DNA of 64,000 nt from Macrostomum hystrix (Eukaryota > Animalia > Platyhelminthes). Below, one piece after another: positions 11,760 through 23,100 of the stretch. The notes below the pieces were generated by a model. That model was given only the letters and a program-made list of their open reading frames with translations. It searched no databases and was not told the DNA's origin. The DNA lies in the NCBI GenBank assembly GCA_950097015.1, contig CATNEN010000039.1:10664001-10728000 (forward strand). Reading direction: 5' to 3'. Both the position numbers and the translations under genes were made by a program. How positions within the stretch are numbered: position 1 is the first letter of the stretch; each line of letters begins with the position of its first letter.

Positions 11760-12339
11760 TTTGTGCTGGCTTGACGTCAGGACTTTGCTGAAGTTAAAAA
11801 ATAAGCACTTTAACTGTATCTATCAGATTGCCTAGCAACAACACCTGTATATCTATCAGACTGCCTAGCAACAACACCTGTATATCTATCAGATTGCCTA
11901 ACACTAAGTCCTTGAATTATTTCAAGGACTCGACTGAAAAATCTGAATAATTTCTTAACACAATCCTATATTTAAGCAAAGCCTGTGGGACCTGTGTTGA
12001 AGAATATTAAAAAGAGAGTATTTAAAAAAACAAATCAAGTAAAAGGAAAGTTTCAAATGATTTTTTACATATATTCAAGATTTCTTAGCCAATCGACCTG
12101 CTGTTCTCTTTCAGAGTCTGAAATTAAATTAAATTAACAAAACAAGCGGCTTGTTGTGGCGGCAGTATGAAAAATTTCAATGGGATTCGAATCCAAAAAA
12201 AAATAACACTACGAATCTTTCCATTTTGTTGCCCTTCAAAAAATCGAAATTGTAGAAATGATGCAAGAAAATAGTTCCAGATGCCCGCTAAAAATAAATT
12301 CATTTACTAGCTGTCCTTTGAATATGTTTAAAAAAGTCG

Positions 12340-13371
12340 TCACATATAGAAATTTCCACCGCCGCCGCCAAATCCGCCCCTACCGCGACCGAAACCGGGG
12401 CCGTCGTTGCCCCAGCCGGGCGGTCTGAGATTGTCCGGATCCGGGTCGGCGAAACCAAACGGCCCGCCGCCTCCGCCGCCGCCGCCACCACCCGGCTGGC
12501 CAGGGCCGAACGGATCGAATCTTGCTCCGGGCGGCACGGCGCCTGGCGGCAATGGCTGACCGGATGACGGATCGATGACTGGCTGGCCTGGCCGCCTAGG
12601 CTGGCCGATGCGCAGCGGATCGAATCGCATGCCGCCGCCGCCGCCGCCGCCGAACGGGTCAAGATCGGCGCGGCCGTAGTCGAATGGATTGACGGCCTGG
12701 GGACGCATCGGCTGGGGCAGGGGCTGCTGTCCGGGAGAGCCGGGCAGTGGTCGATGCGGCATAGGAATCGGCTGCTGATTCTGCCGCTGTTGCTGCTCCT
12801 GCTGCTGCTGAGTTCTGAATGGCGCCAAACGCAGAAACAGTTGCTCCCACAGAAGCCTATGCAAGCGTTCCACAGCGGGATAGGCTCGACGAAGGCAATC
12901 ATCGTCGGCTGGGCCTTGATCGGCCTGGCTAGACAGGGACGCGTCAACTGGGGAGAGCAGGTCGGCTGGCACTGCGCAACTGGCAGCCGTGTCCCGGTGG
13001 GACAGCGACACAATCAGATCGTCGCCCATGGTAATTAGGCCGAGCATGAAGTTGCTGGCGTTATCAGACTCTGGCTGCTGCTGACCGGAGCGCCGCTTGT
13101 GCCTGTAAGCTAGAACGATATCCTCGCTAAGGCCGCTGTCTGACCAGCACTCGGCTGGAAGCATCGAGGATCTCGACACTGACTGCTGCTGCTGCTGCTG
13201 AGACTGCAAGCCTAAAAGTGAGAAATCTGTGGCTAGCAGGTAGCTGTGAGCAAACAGGAGTGCCCAATCGCGTCTAGTTTTCACATGGGCCTTGTGCGCC
13301 TCCAAGATGTACACTAAGCTGTTTAGCATAGCATCCAGAGAAGGCGGTTCATTGGCTGTGGATGCTGCCAT
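12340..13371 (-). CDS. PSMF1: Proteasome inhibitor PI31, intronless CDS
   Basis: FP-domain-like N-terminus (LLFAHSYLLATDF), hallmark YGRADLDPFG and LPPGAVPPGARFDPFGP, PDPDNLRPPG, and C-terminal HbYX-type FYM*. Start taken at MAAST after an AG acceptor; the ATG at 13395 is an alternative. Confidence 0.92.
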   Translation of the reverse strand: MAASTANEPPSLDAMLNSLVYILEAHKAHVKTRRDWALLFAHSYLLATDFSLLGLQSQQQQQQSVSRSSMLPAECWSDSGLSEDIVLAYRHKRRSGQQQPESDNASNFMLGLITMGDDLIVSLSHRDTAASCAVPADLLSPVDASLSSQADQGPADDDCLRRAYPAVERLHRLLWEQLFLRLAPFRTQQQQEQQQRQNQQPIPMPHRPLPGSPGQQPLPQPMRPQAVNPFDYGRADLDPFGGGGGGGMRFDPLRIGQPRRPGQPVIDPSSGQPLPPGAVPPGARFDPFGPGQPGGGGGGGGGGPFGFADPDPDNLRPPGWGNDGPGFGRGRGGFGGGGGNFYM

Positions 13372-15850
13372 GGCAACTCGCAATTCTGCAATCATAAATT
13401 ATTAACTTAAGAGTTACAAGTGCACAAAAAATCTGGAAAACTAAAAATTATTATCAGACTTAAACCTAAATAGTTTTGACCAATAAAACAACAAAATAAT
13501 AAATAATAACAATAATAAGTAAAAATAACTCAACATTATACATTCGAATTTTTGTCTTTTTATGATCAATAGATGGTCATGTCTGTTTGTGCTTACTTAC
13601 TGATACTTGTGCTTCAATTATAAGCATAAAATGTAGACAAATGAAAATACTTTCTTAATTTGGCATATTTCTTTGATCTTTAAAATTAGACCCTAGTGGA
13701 ATATGTTTTGATAATACTTCACTTCTCTATTCTACTCTCAATTATTTCATATTCTAATTTATCTCAATCAAGTAAAAATACTTTCTGTAGATCATGCTAT
13801 AATGCAAAATAGGTCAATAGTGTATTATTAAGTACAGACAATGTACTAGCTTACAAATCATTGTATGGGCTTATTTCCAATAGATAATGGAACACGTAAA
13901 TCTAATGTACATCTATTTTTTTTCAAATATTGTAATCTAAATCTAACATTGCTCATATTCTAGCAAACCTAGCCATTGCTTTCGATCATTTTTTCTTTTA
14001 ATGCATTTGTTTAAATGACCATTAATTCCATATATTATATAATACTAAATCAATATTGCTTAAGTTTGAACCTTTGCTTATTTGTCAGTTTGGTTTGCTA
14101 GTCTAGATTAATAATTCAAATTGTTGCCTTGAGCCAATCTTTTTATTAAATTAACGACCATTTCCAGACCCACATTTCAATTTCAATGAGATGGCTTGAT
14201 TTTCTGTTCACTAGAGTCCTTGAGACTATGAAACTTGAAGCTAGACCTGCAGTATTAAGCCATTGTATTAGCTTTGAAGCTAAGATAAAAAAGGCTTAAG
14301 CTTTTGGTTTTGTTAAAGCTTAAAGTGTTAAAGTTTAATTTATTAAAATCTTTGAGTTAATTAAATGTGATCATTTTCTTGTAATTTTAATATTCTATTT
14401 ATCATCCTAAGCAAATATAGCAATCTTGAGCAAAATTTATTTTCAGTATGCATGTAGTTACATCCTAATTTTGATGTAATTTGTGTTCTAGACTGAATTA
14501 ATGTATTTTAGATACAAAATCTGCATAACTGCCACTTTTATCTGTTAAAGCTAATTATTATGCCAATCACATTGCCTACTACTTGTAATATTTTTGTCAA
14601 GCAGGTTCCCAAATATATTTTGCCATTTTCTACTTAAAACAATGTCACACAGGTTCAGTGCTAGTTATCTAATATTGTCAATATGTTTAACTGTCTTTGA
14701 CATTATGTGTCAATATCTAATGTTAGCATTCTACAATGAATATGGTCTATGTATTTTTATTTTCATGTGTAGGCCTATATGGCAAAATTTAGGATATTTA
14801 AATGTTTTACCTCTGCTTTCTTTTTTTATATAGTTAAGTTGTATGTCACTTTTGACAATAGTCCTTATTACATTTTCTTAAATAAAAATAATTATTAGGC
14901 TAATTTTAAATCCAATGAGGATGTGTCAATTTTTATCTGGAGCTGGAGGTAATAAGCTAATAAACTTCAGTAGGCCTAGGGCCTACACAATTTATTTTTT
15001 TTATTTCTGTACTTATCTATCTTGACATAATTTTAATTAAAGCTATTTTTTGTCTTATGTTCTTATGTTCCATATTGCCTCTTAATTGTTGTTTTTGTGA
15101 TGTATTTCTTATCATAATTATAATATGATTGTATCATGAACACAAGAATAAATAAATAGAACAATATTTCAGACCCATGCTGATTTGCCAGTTTAATATT
15201 CTAGTCTGGATAATTTAAAAACGGCCGGCTTTAACCGATCCTTTATCATAATTAAGGTATGCCATTCAATTTTTCACTAAGTTTTTCGTTATGGTGGAAG
15301 ATTTTATTAGGGCCTACATTTTAGATGCACCGAATGTTCGTTTCAGCATACATGAATGCAAAAATCTGCAAGTCTTTAAAAATCCTATATTTTCATTGTG
15401 CGAATTCCGAACAGTACACCCACTCGTGTGAAACGTGACAGTACATTGGTGCAAGTGCAAGTGCAACTTGCACTTGCATTTATCCAATGCCTTCTGTTCT
15501 GTTATAAATGACAGATATGAAAATAAACTTTGTTGTAAATTTACATATCAATAGTTTTAATATTATGGGCAACATACCAAAATATCAGATAACATTATCT
15601 TATCAGTTATTTCCTGCTTTTGTTTACTCTAAAAATTCAGAACCCTAGGTCTAGGTGGAACCAAACTCATCATGTCCTCGCGATATTTTAAAACAGCGCG
15701 TGAAAATTCTAGAAAACACTTTAGTGGGGCTTTGTCTAATTAATATTTAAGTGTACAAGATAAAATAAACAAGACATACAAAAAAGAATATTAAATAATT
15801 AATTGTGTTTATCACTAATAAATGAAAAATTTACAATTAAAAAATAAGCT

Positions 15851-16470
15851 GTGCTAATCTATCCGATTTCTCAAGAACTCGTCACCTGGGACTCAACCGA
15901 CCTCTCATTTTACATTCTGGATGGAGACGGTCTGGCTCGCTCGATCATTCCAAGGTCTTCCGACACAGCCGCTTGAGCAGCTTCACCAGGCAACTCAACT
16001 TGTACGGCTTCCGGCGGTTGCCAGGCGGACGTCCAATCAGCTTTCAGCATGCGAATTTCCGGCGCGACAGACAGGACTGGCTGGTCCAGTTGAAGCGACC
16101 CCTGAGAAGCTCGGCGCATCGACCGCCAGGTAGAGAGCTGCCGACGTCATTAGCTCCATCAGCGCCGCCGCCGATACTGCGACCCCAGCCGCAGCAACCC
16201 CCTAGGCAACCACCGCTATCGGCGTTTCTCATACAGCATCCGACGCAGTCGCAACCGTTGCCATCCAATGATCGAATTGCTCGGCCAGCAAATTTTAACG
16301 CAGCTGCAGCAGCCGCCGCCACTGCTATTCTACTCGCAATGGCCTGCCCATCAGACAAGAATGTTGCTTGTTGGACCGCCACCGACGCTAATTCCATCGC
16401 CGTCACTAATGACGCGGCGGCCAGCACCGCTGAGGTCGAGATTTTTGTAGTCATCGAGGCCTGTACCAAA
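15851..16470 (+). pseudogene. 5'-truncated, frameshifted copy of the HSF-DBD gene (duplication unit A)
   Basis: Near-identical to 34394-35000 but starts mid-domain. It has a 1-bp deletion at about 15956 (AAGGTCTTCC vs AAGGTACTTCC) and a 4-bp insertion at about 16271. Confidence 0.8.
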
Positions 16471-16592
16471 TATTTTGCAATAATGGCAGCTTTGGCATTA
16501 GAATAAGCGAAAAGCCTTAAGGATAGTGGAAGCTAAGCAGAGTTTTAAACGCACAATAAAGAGGCAGCAATTTCATTTCTCCAACTTTCAGC

Positions 16593-16660
16593 GACCGTTT
16601 TGCCCAGTGTTTAGATCTCCGGACTTCTATCCGAGAGGTCAAGAGTTCGAAACCCTGTCT
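16593..16660 (+). repeat. Degenerate tRNA-derived sequence (tRNA-Arg(TCT)-like pseudogene or SINE head); second copy at about 35137-35205
   Basis: A-box-like TTGCCCAGTGTTTAG, anticodon-arm-like GGACTTCTATCC, B-box GAGTTCGAAACC; no intact acceptor stem. Confidence 0.45.
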
Positions 16661-17115
16661 AATTCCCTTTATTTTCATTGTGATTCAGCGGAGCCCAAAT
16701 TTCAATTTGAGCGGATGACACGGCCACTCCGGAGAAAGTATGTTAAAACACTGTTTATCATTTTTTTTCATTCCTTTGCGTCACAATGCCTAACCCAGTG
16801 AGTAGTATATTGTGCGTATGTTGCTTTTTAATATTTGTTTTAGCTTTACTCGCCTAGAACTCTACAGTTCTGGTCCTAGGAAAGAAGGACACTGTACACA
16901 ATTCGTTCATCATCCTTGTGTTGTTGCGCTGACTCATTAAAGAACTAAATTTTAAGGCATAGTTTAAGTATAATTATTTCGCCAACACCAACCATTGATG
17001 AGTTTTATTTATTTATCAGAAATGAATTATTCATCTCTGCATGTAATATAAATTCAATAAAATTTAGAGTCCACAAATTTCATCGTTTGAGTTCATGCCC
17101 AAATTGCTGATATTT

Positions 17116-20100
17116 TCAATTCAAAGAATAGATGCTGTTGTAGCCGTCGCCGCCGCACACCTGTCTGGAGTTGCCCTTGCAGCGCTTGCTGCATTTCGCG
17201 GCTTCGGCGTCGCCGTACGAGCCGTACTGCTCGCCGCAGAAGCACTTGCAGCCGTCCTGCACGCCGAAGAACATGTAGATCTTGCCCGCCTTCTTGCACA
17301 GGCGGTAGCATTTGCCAAGGCTCATGTCGTTTGAGGTACCGGCGTGCAGAGCAAGATCAGGCTCCTCTGCATTGTCGAGATAGCAGCCTTTGGAGTCTGG
17401 AAAGATTGCAATGTTAGCAATGACTGTTCATGGCAGATTTCAAAATTGTCTTACCGCTGGTTGACAAATGATGAGTTGTTGTCCAAAGCATCTCTCCGTG
17501 GGTAAGAGCTTTTAATGGTTTTCTTGTTCCTGCTACACAGTGGCTATAATAATTTTTTGGAAAAAGTAATGATTCGGCCCTAGCCAATTCAACTACAGGA
17601 CTTATTGAGGAAGTGAGAATTCATCAAATGGCAGAATCGACACTCGGCGCCGATATTTGAGCACCAATTTGTGCTCTATGGCAAAAATAAATCGATAGCG
17701 TTCGATCGCCGTCTATGGCTGTCTATAGCCATTAAGTGAAATTCTCACTTTTAATTAGCTCGTGCCCCCACATCTTACTCGTACTCGGAGATACTCGATA
17801 CTCGACAAGGCGCCTCAGAGATACTCGAGTTTAAATGATGATCGCTTTTGCTTAAACGAGTACTATTGTAAAGACCTAGCAACTTACCGTACACAACCAC
17901 TCCGGTAGTAAAGACTTCATTTCTCCAGTTTCCACCGCAGGTGCGGCTCTTGTCGCCCCAGCACTTTCTCTGGCACTCGGTGTTGCTGACGCGTCCGTAA
18001 CGACCGTACGAGTTGCCGCAGTGGCACCAGTCGCCAGCTTGTAGGCTAGCGTAGCGGAAGTTCTTGTCCTTGCAGTAGTTGACGCAGAACTCTTTCGTTG
18101 TTCGCGTGCCGGCCTTGAGCGATAGTTGTAGGTCTCTTTCGCTTTTGTCCTTGAAACAGCCCAGTCTGATACCATCTGGGTTAATGTTTTGTTATATTTG
18201 GATAAGAACGTTTTTGAGGTTATAGAAGCGGACTTCCTGAGATTATCAGACAATTCGTAAAGTACAGGTAATGTTCTGTGGTGTCGATAGAGCCTACAGC
18301 CAATGCTCTTACCAGACTTCTTGATGCCCGTTTCGAAGATCTCATTGCGCCACTCGCCGCCGCAAGTCTGCTTCGGGTCGCCCCAGCACTGTCGATAGCA
18401 GTCAGCGTCCTGAGCCTTTCCGTACCGACCATACTTATTGCCGCAGGTGCACCAGTCACCGGCCTGTAGACCAGCGTACTTGTATCCCCTGGCTTTGCAG
18501 TAGTTGATGCAGAAGTTCCTCTCTGTTCGCTTGCCGGAATGGAATGCGTGCGACATGTCTCTGCTCGACTTGTCCACGTAGCAACCAATGCGGTTGGTGA
18601 GTAGTCCTGTTTGACAGTGGACAAGTTTATATAATGTTCGACAAGTTTATAAAATGTTCGACAAGTTTATAAAATGTTCGACAAGTTTATAAAATGTTCG
18701 ACAAGTTTATAAAATGTTCGACAAGTTTATAAAATGTTCGACAAGTTTATAAAATGTTCGCGTTAAAATTGTATAATTTATCGTATTATGTATATTTAAT
18801 CAATAGCAAGAGCATATTGTAGACTTAGTATTTATCGTATTGAAATTATTAATCGGGAGTGCTTACTCGATCCGCTAGCGCCAGTGGTGAAAACCTCATT
18901 TCTCCAGGTTCCACCGCAGGTGTGGCTTCTGTCGCCGACGCAGCTCACATTGCAGTCAGAGTCGCTTGCCTTTCTGTATCGGCCATACGAGTTTCCGCAG
19001 AAGCACCAGTCACCAGCCTGGAGACCAGCGTACTTGTAGCCTCTGGCTCTGCAGAATTTGACGCAGAACTGCTTCGTGTTGTGGCTTCCGACATGAAGAG
19101 CGATCGGCAGATCTCGCCCGCTGCCACTGTCCTTGTAGCAGCCCTGTCTGATACCATCTGACAAAGGTATGGTTGACAAGGCAATTCGTTTCTCTCAGTA
19201 AACTAAGCTGCATGAGTGAGATGGACCGATATGAATGAAACATAGCCAGTACGGCAGATGCGTCTGTGAGCAGATGTTCAGTCTGTGAAGTCTACCACAG
19301 TTACACAGGCGATGCTTAATCCTATTTTATAGCGTTAATTGTGTGTCTCTATTGTTTTTCTTACGCTTAAATATACCTCACGGTCAAAAGTCCGAATGGC
19401 AAGTCTCTGGGCTACAAGCCATCAGTACTGAGACAACGCCTAAGAGAATATGCATGATCAGGATTACCTGACTCAGCGTTGCCAGTGTTGAAGATCTCAT
19501 TGCGCCACTCGCCGCCGCAAGTCTGATTCGGGTCGCCCAAGCACTGTCGATAGCAGTCAGCGTCCTGAGCCTTTCCGTACTGACCGTACTTATTGCCGCA
19601 GGTGCACCAGTCACCGGCCTGTAGACCAGCGTACTTGTATCCCCTGGCTTTGCAGTAGTTGATGCAGAAGTTCCTCTCTGTTCGCTTGCCGGAATGGAAT
19701 GCGTGCGACATGTCTCTGCTCGACTTGTCCACGTAGCAACCAATGCGGTTGGTGAGTAGTCCTGTTTGACAGTGGACAAGTTTATATAATGTTCGACAAG
19801 TTTATAAAATGTTCGACATGTTTATAAAATGTTCGACAAGTTTATAAAATGTTCGACAAGTTTATAAAATGTTCGACAAGTTTATAAAATGTTCGACAAG
19901 TTTATAAAATGTTCGACAAGTTTATAAAATGTTCGACAAGTTTATAAAATGTTCGACAAGTTTATAAAATGTTCGACAAGTTTATAAAATGTTCGACATG
20001 TTTATAAAATGTTCGACAAGTTTATAAAATGTTCGACAAGTTTATAAAATGTTCGACAAGTTTATAAAATGTTCGACAAGTTTATATAATGTTCGACAAG

Positions 20101-23100
20101 TTTATAAAATGTTCGACAAGTTTATAAAATGTTCGACAAGTTTATAAAATGTTCGACAAGTTTATAAAATGTTCGACAAGTTTATAAAATGTTCGACAAG
20201 TTTATAAAATGTTCGCGTTAAAATTGTATAATTTATCGTATTATGTATATTTAATCAATAGCAAGAGCATATTGTAGACTTAGTATTTATCGTATTGAAA
20301 TTATTAATCGGGAGTGCTTACTCGATCCGCTAGCGCCAGTGGTGAAAACCTCATTTCTCCAGGTTCCACCGCAGGTGTGGCTTCTGTCGCCGAAGCAGTT
20401 CACATTGCAGTCAGAGTCGCTTGCCTTTCTGTATCGGCCGTACGAGTTTCCGCAGAAGCACCAGTCACCAGCCTGGAGACCAGCGTACTTGTAGCCTCTG
20501 GCTCTGCAGAATTTGACGCAGAACTGCTTCGTGTTGTGGCTTCCGGCATGAAGAGCGATCGGCAGATCTCGCCCGCTGCCACTGTCCTTGTAGCAGCCCT
20601 GTCTGATACCATCTGACAAAGGTATGGTTGACAAGGCAATTCGTTTCTCTCAGTAAACTAAACTGCATGAGTGAGATGGACCGATATGAATGAAACATAG
20701 CCAGTACGGCAGATGCGTCTGTGAGCAGATGTTCAGTCTGTGAAGTCTACCACAGTTACACAGGCGATGCTTAATCCTATTTTATAGCGTTAATTGTGTG
20801 TCTCTATTGTTTTTCTTACGTTTAAATAGACCTCACGGTCAAAAGTCCGAATGGCAAGTCTCTGGGCTACAAGCCATCAGTACTGAGAGAACGCCTAAGA
20901 GAATATGCATGATCAGGATTACCTGACTCAGCGTTGCCAGTGTTGAAGATCTCATTGCGCCACTCGCCGCCGCAAGTCTGCTTCGGGTCGCCCCAGCACT
21001 GTCGATAGCAGTCAGCGTCCTGAGCCTTTCCGTACCGACCATACTTATTGCCGCAGGTGCACCAGTCACCGGCCTGTAGACCAGCGTACTTGTATCCCCT
21101 GGCTTTGCAGTAGTTGATGCAGAAGTTCCTCTCTGTTCGCTTGCCGGAATGGAATGCGTGCGACATGTCTCTGCTCGACTTGTCCACGTAGCAACCAATG
21201 CGGTTGGTGAGTAGTCCTGTTTGACAGTGGACAAGTTTATATAATGTTCGACAAGTTTATAAAATGTTCGACAAGTTTATAAAATGTTCGACAAGTTTAT
21301 AAAATGTTCGACAAGTTTATAAAATGTTCGACAAGTTTATAAAATGTTCGACAAGTTTATAAAATGTTCGACAAGTTTATAAAATGTTCGCGTTAAAATT
21401 GTATAATTTATCGTATTATGTATATTTAATCAATAGCAAGAGCATATTGTAGACTTAGTATTTATCGTATTGAAATTATTAATCGGGAGTGCTTACTCGA
21501 TCCGCTAGCGCCAGTGGTGAAAACCTCATTTCTCCAGGTTCCACCGCAGGTGTGGCTTCTGTCGCCGACGCAGCTCACATTGCAGTCAGAGTCGCTTGCC
21601 TTTCTGTATCGGCCGTACGAGTTTCCGCAGAAGCACCAGTCACCAGCCTGGAGCCCAGCGTACTTGTAGCCTCTGGCTCTGCAGAATTTGACGCAGAACT
21701 GCTTCGTGTTGTGGCTTCCGGCATGAAGAGCGATCGGCAGATCTCGCCCGCTGCCACTGTCCTTGTAGCAGCCCTGTCTGATACCATCTGACAAAGGTAT
21801 GGTTGACAAGGCAATTCGTTTCTCTCAGTAAACTAAACTGCATGAGTGAGATGGACCGATATGAATGAAACATAGCCAGTACGGCAGATGCGTCTGTGAG
21901 CAGATGTTCAGTCTGTGAAGTCTACCACAGTTACACAGGCGATGCTTAATCCTATTTTATAGCGTTAATTGTGTGTCTCTATTGTTTTTCTTACGCTTAA
22001 ATAGACCTCACGGTCAAAAGTCCGAATGGCAAGTCTCTGGGCTACAAGCCATCAGTACTGAGAGAACGCCTAAGAGAATATGCATGATCAGGATTACCTG
22101 ACTCAGCGTTGCCAGTGTTGAAGATCTCATTGCGCCACTCGCCGCCGCAAGTCTGATTCGGGTCGCCCAAGCACTGTCGATAGCAGTCAGCGTCCTGAGC
22201 CTTTCCGTACTGACCGTACTTATTGCCGCAGGTGCACCAGTCACCGGCCTGTAGACCAGCGTACTTGTATCCCCTGGCTTTGCAGTAGTTGATGCAGAAG
22301 TTCCTCTCTGTTCGCTTGCCGGAATGGAATGCGTGCGACATGTCTCTGCTCGACTTGTCCACGTAGCAACCAATGCGGTTGGTGAGTAGTCCTGTTTGAC
22401 AGTGGACAAGTTTATATAATGTTCGACAAGTTTATAAAATGTTCGACATGTTTATAAAATGTTCGACAAGTTTATAAAATGTTCGACAAGTTTATAAAAT
22501 GTTCGACAAGTTTATAAAATGTTCGACAAGTTTATAAAATGTTCGCGTTAAAATTGTATAATTTATCGTATTATGTATATTTAATCAATAGCAAGAGCAT
22601 ATTGTAGACTTAGTATTTATCGTATTGAAATTATTAATCGGGAGTGCTTACTCGATCCGCTAGCGCCAGTGGTGAAAACCTCATTTCTCCAGGTTCCACC
22701 GCAGGTGTGGCTTCTGTCGCCGACGCAGCTCACATTGCAGTCAGAGTCGCTTGCCTTTCTGTATCGGCCATACGAGTTTCCGCAGAAGCACCAGTCACCA
22801 GCCTGGAGACCAGCGTACTTGTAGCCTCTGGCTCTGCAGAATTTGACGCAGAACTGCTTCGTGTTGTGGCTTCCGGCATGAAGAGCGATCGGCAGATCTC
22901 GCCCGCTGCCACTGTCCTTGTAGCAGCCCTGTCTGATACCATCTGACAAAGGTATGGTTGACAAGGCAATTCGTTTCTCTCAGTAAACTAAACTGCATGA
23001 GTGAGATGGACCGATATGAATGAAACATAGCCAGTACGGCAGATGCGTCTGTGAGCAGATGTTCAGTCTGTGAAGTCTACCACAGTTACACAGGCGATGC

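Noticed and set aside
15449-15477. Hairpin TGCAAGTGCAAGTGCAACTTGCACTTGCA near the unit A breakpoint
   Set aside because: Short inverted microsatellite with no associated element ends; no function supportable.
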